Below, one piece after another: positions 42,285 through 53,942 of a stretch of 64,000 nucleotides of DNA. Source of the stretch: Priapulus caudatus (taxonomy: Eukaryota). Under the pieces are notes generated by a model. It had not been told where the DNA came from. It searched no databases and saw nothing but the letters and a program-made list of their open reading frames with translations. A program made the position numbers and the translations under genes. The stretch covers positions 181,770 to 245,769 of the forward strand of contig NW_014577089.1 in the NCBI RefSeq assembly GCF_000485595.1, in the 5' to 3' direction. Within the stretch, counting starts at the first letter, position 1. Each line of letters opens with the position of its first letter.

Positions 42285-42760
42285 TAATGGTACTACGTAA
42301 TAGTGTAGGAAGTTAATATTACTGGTACTACGTAACGGTTTAGAAAGGTAATATTACTGGTACTTCGTAACGGTTTAGAAAGTTAATATTACTGGTACTA
42401 TGTAACGGTTTAGAAAGGTAATATTACTGGTACTACGTAACGGTTTAGAAAGTTAATATTACTGGTACTACGTAACGGTTTAGAAAGTTAATATTAATGG
42501 TACTACGTAACGGTTTAGAAAGGTAATATTAATGATACTACGTAACGGTTTAGAAAGGTAATATTACTGGTACTACGTAACGGTTTAGAAAGGTAATATT
42601 ACTGGTACTACGTAACGGTTTAGAAAGGTAATATTAATGGTACTACGTACTAGTGTTGGACGTTAATATTAATGGTACTACGTAACGGTATAGTAAGTTA
42701 TTATACAACGTAATGGTAGAGTAAGTTAGTACTAATGGTTCTGCATAACGGTATACTATA
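42285..42760. repeat. 34-35-bp minisatellite (GGTACTACGTAACGGTTTAGAAAGGTAATATTACT); partial copy at 38117-38268
   Basis: Direct reading; about a dozen units, decaying at the right end. Confidence 0.9.
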
Positions 42761-44122
42761 GGACGTAAGAATTTATGTACTACATAATAAATAATTGTAT
42801 AGTACGTGGCGTAGTTTGGGATGTTTTAAGTTGATGGGTTGTTAGGTTAAACATAGGTAGGCAAGCAGGTAAGTGGATAGAAAGAAGTAGGTGAGTGGAT
42901 TGGGCGGTGGATAGCTAGGTATCCAACGTTTCAATTCACACACAGGTGGGTGGCAGGTAAATAGAAAAAATATTTATTCTATATTAGACTATTATAAATA
43001 TTTCTGTACACGTGGTCTAGTTATAAACATATTTGTAAGTTGATAAGTTTGTAAAATTGTAAATTTGCAAATCTGTAAGATGCCTAACTATTATTCATAC
43101 TGCAACAGCTGACCCATCATCACTTCAGCTGGGTCTTACATGGTTGAAGTATAAATGAGTGAACCAAGATTCTGATACATACGTTAATACGTTTAGTAAA
43201 ACACTAAATAATTAAAAAAAACTACATTATTATTAATAACAAATGATGAAATTTTAAAACGTCTTTAAATGTCTATGCTTTCGTTCTACATGCCGCATTT
43301 CATAATTAGTTATTACAACCACACCAATTTCGCAAAGTCTTGCAAATTCATCAAAAATGTTCAGAAAGTCAATGGGCTTTACAATGTCATTCGTAAAATT
43401 AACATTTACGTCAAAGATTTAAACACTGTCGAACGTAGCCTTTACATAGTTCAATTCAAGATGAAAGATTGCCGTCACCTACACAAAACTGTAACCACAG
43501 GTATATGTGAAAAGGAATATGTATGAACACTGGGTATATATTGCGTAAAAATATAAAATTTTGGAAATCACTGCGAACCTGACTGACATGGCACCACACT
43601 TTCACATACAAAACTAGAAAAGTCATCCTACCCTTGCCTCGTACCTCTTTTCCCTCAACCTTCCGTCCCTCCCTTCTATCATCTCTCCCCCTCTCTCTTG
43701 CAATTAGTAGGCCTCCGACAGCGGGGAATGAGAAAGAGCATCTATAGATATAACAGTGCCCTTAGTTATATAATTAGTTAGTAGTCAATCTCGGCCACTG
43801 TGAATGTTGCCGCAATTGCACCACAGGTGGCAGCACACTCTCACACTACAGAATCACAGAATCTTCCCACAGCAAGACCTATCATGCCATCTGCTGACCA
43901 AATTTGTTATTGAATAATTCGCATAACTATTTCCGAAGATCCTCAGTTGTACAAAAATATTATCAAGCGTACATAATACGTCTCTATTATGTACTCTTGA
44001 TAGTATGCATGATGAAGTGATTTATTATAGATGGTAAAAATAATACGTATATGAGCGTACAGTCCGTAATCCATGCCACCGTGTGGCACTGTGTCGCTCC
44101 ACAGTGTCATATTATCGCTCAA

Positions 44123-44353
44123 GGGGTCGTTGTCGTATCAGGTACTACATATATATGTACCCGAGGTACATATATGTATACACAAAGTTTACCAGACTTG
44201 TACTACAGAAGTGTACCCTAACCCTACCCTAACCTAACCCAACATAACCTAACCCTAACCATACCTCAGTATAAAAATATAAAGCATAATAGCTAAACCA
44301 ACCTAAAACTACCTCGGGTACATATCTGTAGTACCTGATACGACAACGACCCC
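44123..44353. mobile_element. MITE with ~45-bp TIRs and internal (CCCTAA)-like repeats
   Basis: TIR GGGGTCGTTGTCGTATCAGGTACTACA...ATATGTACCCGAGGTA at both ends in inverted orientation; ccctaaccctaccctaacctaacc at ~44216-44260. Confidence 0.75.
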
Positions 44354-44539
44354 ATCTGCCACTTTATCAGTTCGCGTGATACCGCCCTAATGGTAGCACT
44401 AATGGTTTTCTTATTATTAAAACAATTCAAGGTCTATTCCTATGCTGAAACGTCATTGCTACGTTTAATGGAACCGTCCTATTTGCGTACATTCGTAGCT
44501 TGGTCATCTATTTTATTCAAAATTATGATATATATACGA

Positions 44540-44805
44540 TCTCGTATACTTGAGAATTTATATCTGTGCCCGCCCACACCTATGTTATAACATGCACAGT
44601 CTTAATCTTATTTACATACACCCGCAATTTAGCATATATTATTCACAATTAGACATAATCATTAAAGATGTAGTCTACTTGAGAATTTATACCTGTACTT
44701 GCCGACACCTACACTATAACAGGCACGATCCTAACCTTATTTACATACACCCGTAATATGTAATATCTATTTTATTGACAATTACATATTAACGATGTAG
44801 TCTAC
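44540..44805. repeat. Diverged ~129-bp direct repeat x2
   Basis: TACTTGAGAATTTATA...CTTATTTACATACACCCG at 44547 and 44676. Confidence 0.75.
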
Positions 44806-45574
44806 TCAATGAATTGTTCCCCTGGGGTGCTATCCTCCCCCCCCTCCCTACTGGGTCACCAATACATTTCAAGTTGGTCGCCAAGGGTCGTTTCTGACTG
44901 TATGATGCTTTCCTTTGTAGTCCAAGAGTAGCTGGGTCAATGGTTGACACATTTTGCGCCGCTGCTGTACGCATGTCTATTATACACAAACACACATTCC
45001 TGTATCTATACTTGCGTTAGTTGTACTTGTAGCTATGTTGTGTTATACGTACGTGTATACGCTTAAATCAGTAAGAAGTATTTCTCTCCCCTTATCCTTT
45101 TAACACTAACTTTTATCCTCAAATTATGCATTAAACCCTGCCGATGACCCTGTACATAACTAGAATACGTTAAGCAATACCCAATACGCAATATGCGCGT
45201 AGATGCCCCTTCCAAAATGGCAAACTAGGTACATTGCCGCTATGTGCGCAATACTACGCTAATTCCGCCCTCTCATTTTTCAGACACTTGTTGTTCATAA
45301 CAGTAGCACCTGCTGCAGAACAGTGCGGGCGGCCCCACGCGCAGCGGCCTAAGCCGCAGCCAGCTCCGATATGGCAACAACACTCGAAAACATTTCAGCA
45401 CCTAACTAAACATACACGGCGCGCGCATGCGGCACAGAAACCCTGTACGACTAGCGCGACGAGTGAGGAATACTGGCGGAGGAGGGGAGAGAAAGCACGC
45501 ACTTCGTACTTCTTTGTTGATGCGCCCCGATGCGACTGCCGTCTTTACCGCTTTACGACGTTTTCGCCATGTTT

Positions 45575-45606
<32 letters not shown>

Positions 45607-46964
45607 GTTTATTGCAAAATTAGTATTTACAACGTTACAATTAAAATAAGTTTTGCAAACACGACATCACCAGGCAGTATAAAACTGAAATTGATGACAT
45701 TTACAATAATATATGTGCCATGGTAAGACATAGATTACGATTTGACGAGTCTTTACCGCTAGAGACTTTACTGCTATAATATGTCGAGCAATACACGAGG
45801 CCGTTTCTTGGAGCTGGCTTCGGGATAAAGTACCACAACGCGCTACAAGAAACTGCGAAACAAATTCGGGCCAACTCCAACAACGAGTTAATAGCACGGG
45901 TTCCCACACCGATCACGCTCCACACCACTGTCAAAACATGAAGCCGACGCGCTGAGAGAAAACCTCGCCACAGGAAATTAAATGTAAACAGTGTTACAGT
46001 AACGCCTACGCCAGCCTGTTTTGAACGTCCCGAATCAAAATTAGCAGACCTGATTGAGTGATCTGTACTGTAGCTCACAACCGACCTGCATGCGATGTGC
46101 GCGTATTACAATTTCACTCATGGTGATTTTCATCCGCTAATAACAAAAGGAATGGAAATTTAAATTACATAGATGTCAAATCAGTAACACTGGAATAGGC
46201 TGATGAAAGAATAGTAGAATCATAGATACGAAAGGAAAGACCTAAACATGTACACAAATCTTCACTAGTGTAATATTTCTATCGGTAGAATAGTAAACGG
46301 AACAGTTGGAAGTACTGAATCGAGATTATTGCATACTTGAAAATGTTTGTTTGTTTTGTTTTTCAAATAAACGGATATTCACACTGTACCAACTGCGGCC
46401 ACTGTCCATAGCTATTTGTGGAAAGTAAATAGATCTATTAGTGACCAATGACTAGCAAGGGCCGCACTACATGCAAACAAATGCATACCACGGGCCAGCT
46501 GGATTTTATCACTGCCCGGGGCATACAACATTAGCATGCTAGGAAATTCAGTGCACTCTCAAAGCTTTTACTCTCTGTCGATGCCACTCGATGGTCATTT
46601 AGGCCGTCCGCACATGCCGCAGTAACGCGTGGAGTGCGCGTACGCTGTTCCGGCCACTCAACCATCGTGGTCAGCGCATCGCTCAGGGCGAGCAAGCAGT
46701 GACCGCACAACAATTAATCACATCCATAATTCCGAGAGTAAAGTTAGGACCAAAATTACTACGCGACCCGGACAGGCGACGAATCAGGCCAAATTATTCA
46801 AACATAAAACTCTTACAACTCCAGTATCGCCCTTTCATGCAATGCCGTTAGTGAAAGTCGAAATTTTAGTTTCCGACTGTGTTAGGTTTCTGTGTAGACA
46901 GACGACCGAGCTATTTGTACGATAGACGGCACAACATGCAGGTCCAGATAATGTATGTGTACGA

Positions 46965-47200
46965 GGTTGTGCAGACGCTTTGCATGTGCATAGAATGAAT
47001 CTGTAAGGGGTTGTGCAGGCGCTTGGCATGTGCATAGAATGAATCTGTAAGGGGTTGTGCAGGCGCTTGGCATGTGCATAGAATGAATCTGTAAGGGGTT
47101 GTGCAGGCGCTTGGCATGTGCATAGAGTGAATCTGTTAGGGGTTGTGCAGGCGTTTCTCATGTCGTGCATAGAATCAAGCGTAAGGGGTTGTGCAGACGT
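46965..47200. repeat. 44-bp tandem repeat x~5
   Basis: GCATGTGCATAG recurs at 46982, 47026 and 47070. Confidence 0.9.
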
Positions 47201-47929
47201 TTTTGTACAGTGACCGTAGCTATCAGCGAGCTGGCCCATGTGGCACCATCTGTCCCGCGACTCTAGGAAACCGCTTGGATGGGCCGCAAGGCAAACAGTT
47301 GTTTATCTCAAAAAAGCTAGCCGGCTTTAGTGTGCCTCAGTCATAAAGTACGCAGGCGACATGTAAAAAAGATTGAGCTAGGCAGAATCACTCGAGTTAC
47401 TCTAGCAAATAATGAACGCCCAACGTAAGAATCCGGCTCGTTTTACAAATGCATTTCAAAAAAAGCTGAGACATCTGTGAAGGGCCAATGCCTATTATTA
47501 CCAATTACACAGCAAGCGTTAGCACCAATTACTCCCGAAACCAGAGGGGAAAACCATCTAGTCTCACTCACTGACGGTTCACTCTCTGAAGGACGGACGC
47601 TGAGCAATGCAAACAAATGAGCCTGCCCTCCTCGACCGATTTATGCTTTTTATTGCTCGATATGCGCATATATTCACGCATGCATGCGGTGTGCACATGT
47701 AGTGAGAGGATGGGCTTCATCTCTCTCTCTCTCTCTCTCTCTCACGCGCGCACACACACACAGCATCCTGTCCGCTGCTAGGGCAGGTGCATCTCGTCAC
47801 AGCATGTGGCAGCTATCAGTAGCTGCTGCCGGGCTGCGGGGCCGCGCAGCGATGCGAGACACAGTAGCCGTGGGTGACAGTCGTAGCTGCGGCGGCGGCG
47901 CTGCACACCGGCGACCGTCAGCGCGGCAC

Positions 47930-48040
47930 GCGAGAGCCGTGACGGCGCGCGAAAGAGCCGTGACGGCGCGCGAAAGAGCTGTGACTGCGCGCGCGAAAGA
48001 GCCGTGACGGCGCGCGAAAGAGCCGTGACATCACGCGCGA
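47930..48040. repeat. 21-bp tandem repeat (GCGCGAAAGAGCCGTGACGGC) x~5
   Basis: Direct reading. Confidence 0.85.
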
Positions 48041-48326
48041 CAGCCAGTGGCGACAATGACTCGCTACAAACTTTAGCAATTATTCTGGATCTGCGTCTTC
48101 CTCTCACGCGTCTATCCGCGACGCGCAGGTCATCCGAACAGACGAGAGACCCAATGCTCTTGACATACACACCTCTCAATGTAAACACCATGAGTGAAAC
48201 CACAGGACAGAAAGACCGATTTGGGAAGATATTTAACGAATAACAAGTTCAACGCGTATATAAACTGTGTGATGACGAATTTTCGGCAAGTTGGACTGTC
48301 TAGTAAAAAACAATATGGTTCCCTAC

Positions 48327-48457
48327 CTTCTCCGGATCGTTGCGCCTTGTTAGAGGGCTAGTTGCCACTCTGGATGAGACTGCGCTCTCATAGTGGTTGC
48401 CTTCCACTTTCTCACCCATGGTTGCACTGTATTCATATGCTTGTTTTCCATTCATAT
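48327..48457 (-). CDS. Coding exon 7 (D-MNGKQAYEYSATMGEKVEGNHYESAVSSRVATSPLTRRNDPEK)
   Basis: Acceptor ttattttaaacag, donor AAG|gtaggg; 131 nt, phase 1-0, open. Downstream exons are not resolved. Confidence 0.75.
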
Positions 48458-48700
48458 CTGTTTAAAATAAATTGCATTTTTTAATCAGCTGTCAGGCTGA
48501 CAAGTCACGTCAACGAGTTTAATTAAAAACTGTGAAGTACCATATCGCTTCACCTATTTATTTAGATCGTAGATGTAAACTGAGGCACACTGGCCAGTCA
48601 TGCATGTTGAGATTTCGATCTCTGATTACATATAGTGAGTGACGATTCATCATTTTTCTCAGTAGCGGTAGCATTGATGCAGTGAGAGAAACACACGTAC

Positions 48701-50852
48701 CTTCTTCCCTAATGTCATCCACATCTTCACTACCCACAAGGGTCGCTTCTTCATTACCACTACTCAGCTTATCAGCCTCTGCGCCATCGTCAGCAAACTG
48801 CCGCACAATGTTCCGGATGATCACCTCTGCTTGCTTCAACACGGACTTGCTGGCATCTCCATCCGCAGCACTCACCCTCTCATCACCCCGCAGTGCACCA
48901 GGGGGCGGGGTGAGGACACCAGGCGGCGGGGTATCCAGCGAGCGGTTGTCCTCGCTGCTAGACGTCTGAGAGAAGATGCTCGCCTCAGCCAGCCTCAGCA
49001 CCGAGGCACCCTGCCTCACCCCGCCTCGATCCAGCCCGCCCCTCGCGCCTCCGCCGGCCGTCAGCGGCTGCAAGCGAAACAAGTTCGGCCAGCTCTCCTG
49101 GTGCGGCGCCACGCTGCTCGCCTCGCTCGGCGCCACCTGGCTGTTGTCGGCGTTGCCGGGCGCCTGGCGGGCGAACAGCGCGTAGCAACCCGGCGTCGCC
49201 ATGCTGCTCGCCTCGCTCGGAGCCAGCTGGCTGTTGTGGGTGTTGCCCGGGGCCTGCCGCGAGAACACGCCATAGTATCCGGCCGGTGTCGGGAGCTGCC
49301 GGCACGTACTGGTCAGCAGGAGGCCGGTCGGCGTGACCAGCTGACCGTGCGCGAACGCGGGCAGCTGCTGCTGCTGCTGGAGGAGAACGCGGGGCAGGTG
49401 ACCGGCGCTCAGCCACTGGTGCGTGCTGTCCAGCGGAAAGTGCTGCGAGACGCGGCTCACCGTCGACAGCCGCGACGAGTCGCCGAAGCGCGACGACAAG
49501 AGGCTATCCGCCGCGAGCCGGCTCGAGCTCATCACGCAGCGACGGTGCATCGAGCCGGGCAGCGAGCACGCACCGCCATGCGCGGACCCGGCGACGTCGT
49601 CCCGCGCGCGCGGCGTCGCCTCGGACATGTTCGCTAGCGACAGCGACAGCTCCTGGAAGTCGATTGAGTCGAAGATGTGCTCCTCCTCGGGAGCGATCTC
49701 GGCGAAGCCCTCGCGGTGGTGGCCCGTCTCGTCGACGCTGTAGTCGGCGTCGAACTCTCCCGGGTCAAACTCGAGGTCGCTGCTCGAGCTCTTCGTCAGC
49801 GTGCCGTGCACCGTCGTCGGCCGTGTCGACAGCTCGTCGGGATAGCTCGTCTCGGTCGTCGTCGTGTCGTCGTCGCAGTCCGACCCATCGGTGGGTATCG
49901 GCTGCGAGACGGCGTTCTGCCCGGTGCCGTCGTCGACGCGAGTGAGCCACTGGTCGGCAAGCGGCGAGCGATCGGCGACTACAGTAGCGATGGAGCGCGA
50001 TGTCTCGCTCGAGCTGGAAAACGCGTCGGAGCACGCGGCGGCAGCACCAGCTCTCGTTCTCGACTGGTCGCTCTTGTGATAGGCGACGCTCGGACTTCCG
50101 ATGCTCAGCGTGATGCGCTCGTCTTCGTCTCCCAGGCTCGCATCCCCGACGACGGCGGCAGCCTCCGTCGCCATGGATGCGGCCACCTCGTCTCCTCCCC
50201 TGGGAGACTTCCAGCCGCGATCTCTCCCATTCGACGCGGGACGGCGAACGTCGAGCGTGATTTTGGCACTAGTCTGCCCCTGGTGTTCGCTGTAAGGCAC
50301 ACAATCGCTGTCGCTCGATTCGCTCGGGTGCGCGTTCGCTCGCGCAAAGTCGCGCACGCTGCTCCGGCCCGAGCTGCCGCTGTCTGGCGACGGCCGCGCG
50401 TCCGCAAACGCGCGAGGCAGCGAGAACGCCTCGTCCAGATGCTCGACGCCGCGTCCCATCCGCGACGAGCTCAGCATCGACAGCGGAGGAAGGTCGACGC
50501 CGAGACTGCTCGTCTGCGACACGGTGCGGCTGCCCTGCGCCCCATTGCCGCCGCCGCCGCCGCGAGGGTTGCCGCTGCCGCCGACGCTCTTGATCTTCTT
50601 GCGCAGGTGGCGCCGGCTGTGGTCGGCGGCGCGGTGGCGCCGGTAGAGGCACACGTGGCAGCCGACGCTCGCCGTCGTGTCGTTGCCTGTCGTCGACAGA
50701 CTGCTGTCCGGCTTCGGCTGCTTCTCGGGCGTGCCCTCGCTGCTGTCGGTGGCGGTCATCGGACCGGACGTCCGGCACGGGCCGGGAACGGCGAACTGCC
50801 GTCCATCGCAGAGGACGCCGTCCCAGCTCCTTGGTCTGTCCTGGCTGGCCAG
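48701..50852 (-). CDS. Large coding exon 6 (2152 nt); Ser/Asp/Ala-rich low-complexity region of the uncharacterised protein
   Basis: Contains most of the 733-aa ORF 48558..50759 and extends it upstream in frame (LASQDRPRSWDG...) to acceptor tgacag. Donor GAAG|gtacgt, phase 0-1. It is GC-rich against AT-richer flanks. Confidence 0.88.
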
Positions 50853-51266
50853 CTGTCACATGCAACAAGCACATTTTGAATGCTATTTCGAAATTGCTTT
50901 TTTTATATAGTTGACTGCCAAGCATTGACTCTTTTATGAGGTATAGCTTTCTCACAACAACTTTATTAAAAACTTGCATACTCTGTTACCTGGCACAGCC
51001 TTCTTATAGTAACTGTCTTTCCGGGGACACCTTTCTCACAGTACCTATCTTATAACAATAAATGCCTATGCAAAGTAACGTTTTACCTGCTGATTGCTTA
51101 CCTCTGAATGCCTCCTAGCAGTAACTCTGTTATCTGACACACCCTGCTCACAGTATCTCTCTTACCTAGGACGCCCAATTCACGATAACTCTATTCACCG
51201 TGGGACACCTTCCACGCAGTTTCTCTCACGCCTATTCAGAGTACGCTTTTAGAGCTAGTCTCTTAC

Positions 51267-51474
51267 CTGAGACAGCCTCCTTGCGGTAACTCTAACCGAA
51301 TACTCTCTATGCTGTAAACCATCGTGTGACGCATCGGAGGGCTCGTCCGCTGCATGGGCGTAGGCGGAGGATGCTTCGAGTTTCTTTCCCTGAAGGTAGT
51401 CCTGGAAATCCTGCTGCTGAAACACATTCGTGGAGCTGCCACTTGGACGCTCCAGACTCAGAGTGCGAGTGAAC
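51267..51474 (-). CDS. Coding exon 5 (R-FTRTLSLERPSGSSTNVFQQQDFQDYLQGKK...RRLSQ)
   Basis: Strong acceptor tttctctcctgcag, donor CAG|gtaaga; 208 nt, phase 2-0. The 3' boundary is less certain because it lies in a degenerate repeat. Confidence 0.75.
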
Positions 51475-51967
51475 CTGCAGGAGAGAAAGCATGCTTGTAG
51501 CTGCATAGTGTCCGTGCTACACAGTAAAGCTGCACTCTGTGGTGGCTACACTGTATGCTGCACTTTATGCTACACTTCATGCTGCACTCTGTGATACACT
51601 GTACTCTTCAATCTATGCTATAATGTATGCTGCACCCTATGGCTACTCTGTGAGCTGCAATCTGTGCTACACTGTATGCTGTGCACTATGCAACACTTTA
51701 AGGTACACATTGTAATATACTGTGAGCTGCACAATACAGTGTAAGCTATCCTGTAAAACTTGGAGTTGAATAACTACATTATGAGCTGCTATGTAAGCTA
51801 CACTAAAGCTACATTGCAATTACATTCTAAGCTACCACATAAAGCTGCATCTATGCTAAACTATTACGACTATTGCACCTACATTGTTACATATAAGGCC
51901 ATGCAAAAGAATAACTATGAAGAATGCATTACATATTGCATGAGCTGTTAACATGCAAAACAAGCAC

Positions 51968-52160
51968 CTGTTTCGCCCTTCATCTGCGACTTCCCACGGA
52001 ATTTCTCTGATACACACACTGCCCAGGTTTTCCCATTCTGTCTCATCTGTGCTCTTGCTGCTTTTGAGAGACTGTCGTTTTCCAGATGTTTGTACTATCT
52101 CGATGGTTCCTGCTTTCCCAATATCCCTCCAGAGGTCCCGCATACCTTCTTTCTCCTTAA
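51968..52160 (-). CDS. Coding exon 4 (V-KEKEGMRDLWRDIG...DETEWENLGSVCIREIPWEVADEGRN)
   Basis: Acceptor cacttgcag, donor CAG|gtgctt; 193 nt, phase 1-2, open; overlaps ORF 51856..52143. Confidence 0.85.
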
Positions 52161-52709
52161 CTGCAAGTGTTTTTTATGGACATTTCTAAGTGATGTAACA
52201 ATATGATTGCACTGAAAATAACTGAAAGTCTGCCATAGATGCTATGCAACCAAAAATTAAATACTTATCGTGCAAGTCAAACCGAAGGAAAACGTATTGT
52301 AGCAATAAAAAAGTGTGTAACACAGAACCATTTGTTTACATATCAGGTTATGTGCAATACCGAGGCTTTTCAAAGTGTCACCGATTGTTTAGTTCCACTA
52401 GCGGTTTTCCAGACAACATGGGTCAACTCTACAACAACAGTTACTGTCGCCACAGGCACAAGTTTTCTCACCAAAACCGCGTTGCCATCATTCATCATCA
52501 ACGCCTCGCAATAACAATTACCGGCAGTGAAAAAAAGCAAAAATTGCTTCGCACGGCCAACGTACAACAACAAACTTCCACGTCAGCCGCGAAAGTTCAA
52601 AAAGGGAGAAGCTGAGTGAACTGTACGATAATAAACACGTCTGGTGATAATTCGACGCGGCCGGCGGCCAAACTATGCCCCCCCTCAAGTGCTCGCACGT
52701 GGCACTCAC

Positions 52710-52786
52710 CGTCTGGGTGTGGGTCCGGATGCTTCCTGTGCAGAAGCTTGTCCCAGAAGCTCTCCTTTGACGAATGATGGCCCTCC
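52710..52786 (-). CDS. Coding exon 3 (K-EGHHSSKESFWDKLLHRKHPDPHPD)
   Basis: Acceptor tttttgcag, donor gtgagt; 77 nt, phase 2-1, open. Confidence 0.85.
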
Positions 52787-53166
52787 CTGCAAAAACGCAC
52801 AATGCTTACTTACATCACACATCTACGTGCTGACTCGTGTGTGACACACATTCTTGTAGTGCAGGATGGCAGGGGCAAAGCTCACTTCTTCCCAATACGG
52901 TCACGCACATATCCCTACCTAACAGAAGTGGATTTTGCAGTGTCACGCAGAGGTGAAACGTGAAAAAAAGTATGAGCCGCAACCATCCTTAAACCTATCA
53001 CCCCAAGATTTACCCTGGGGGGATGGGTTTCATCGATGAAATTTCACACATCTCACATTTTTTAACTATGAATCCTGACAAATGCAGTATACATGGCCAA
53101 CCAGTTACGCGTGAGCATTAACTACTTTAACAGGCTATGCCATTAGCCTGCATTGCTGCTACATAC

Positions 53167-53298
53167 TTTTTTGAGCTTTTTTTCCTTTCCTTACGAGTAT
53201 CAGGACCATCACTTCTATTGGTCGCACCCTCTTGCTGCCGTCCATTGTCATCATTGCTCTCCTGTCTGTTGGCACCCTTCTTCTTCCTATCAGTCTTC
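53167..53298 (-). CDS. Coding exon 2 (R-KTDRKKKGANRQESNDD...RKERKKSSK)
   Basis: Acceptor catcatttag, donor gtatgt; 132 nt, phase 2-2, open in the frame set by exon 1. Confidence 0.8.
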
Positions 53299-53942
53299 CT
53301 AAATGATGAGATTTACCATTAATTTAGTATGCATTCAGAGTTTCATATGTGCTATACCAGGAGCACAACTATGAATTCGTGTTTCCACTCAGGGTAGGAA
53401 GCTGTCTAATGGCTATTGACATGTTTCAAAGCTGCCCCCCCCCCAACTTGTTGTCTAATAGCTGTATATATATAAATTATATTAATATAAATATTAATAA
53501 TTTGATGTATATATTATATGTAATCATATGAATATTACTGATGGCGATTGAATATAAAAGTTTCTATGTAGATAAACTCATTCATTACTCTCTGAACTAC
53601 AAAATTCTGTAAGAGCCATTTCAGTTTCGAATGGTCTGTTTTTTGTCATAATTTACAAATTCCAAATTGGCAAATTTTCATTGCCCAAGTGTAACATAGT
53701 GTATAGCTAGCTGCTTAAAATATGTTTAAATTATGTTTAAAATTGCCCCAGTTAGCAGAGTTTTGTTACTAGGTCACTGGTCAACTAGGGACCATTCAAC
53801 ATCCTACAATACTAGGCTATCGCATTACTAAGCTGCCACTAGCAGTAAGTACTATTCCAAGATATGGAGTGCTGGACCACGATTTGGCTCAGCGTGAAGT
53901 TAGATGACTCTACTTGACCTAACTCCCTCTTCATCTTCCTAA

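Larger units (their letters stand above)
34182..42400 (+). repeat. Near-identical ~4.1-kb tandem duplication across a 10-N gap (copy A 34182-38268, copy B from 38279)
   Basis: Both start AGAAAGTCAGACATAAAG. ORFs 35734..35922 and 40078..40266 are identical. Differences are a few SNPs, short indels and VNTR copy number. Confidence 0.95.

Noticed and set aside
48558..48700. C-terminal tail of the 733-aa ORF as the true protein end
   Set aside because: A good donor (GAAG|gtacgt) and a phase-matched open exon at 48327-48457 make this more likely intron read-through, though an alternative end is possible.
48831..50879. Long plus-strand ORFs (268 aa, 400 aa) and other-frame ORFs
   Set aside because: They are shadows of the GC-rich minus-strand exon; splice phases and silent-site divergence support only the minus frame.
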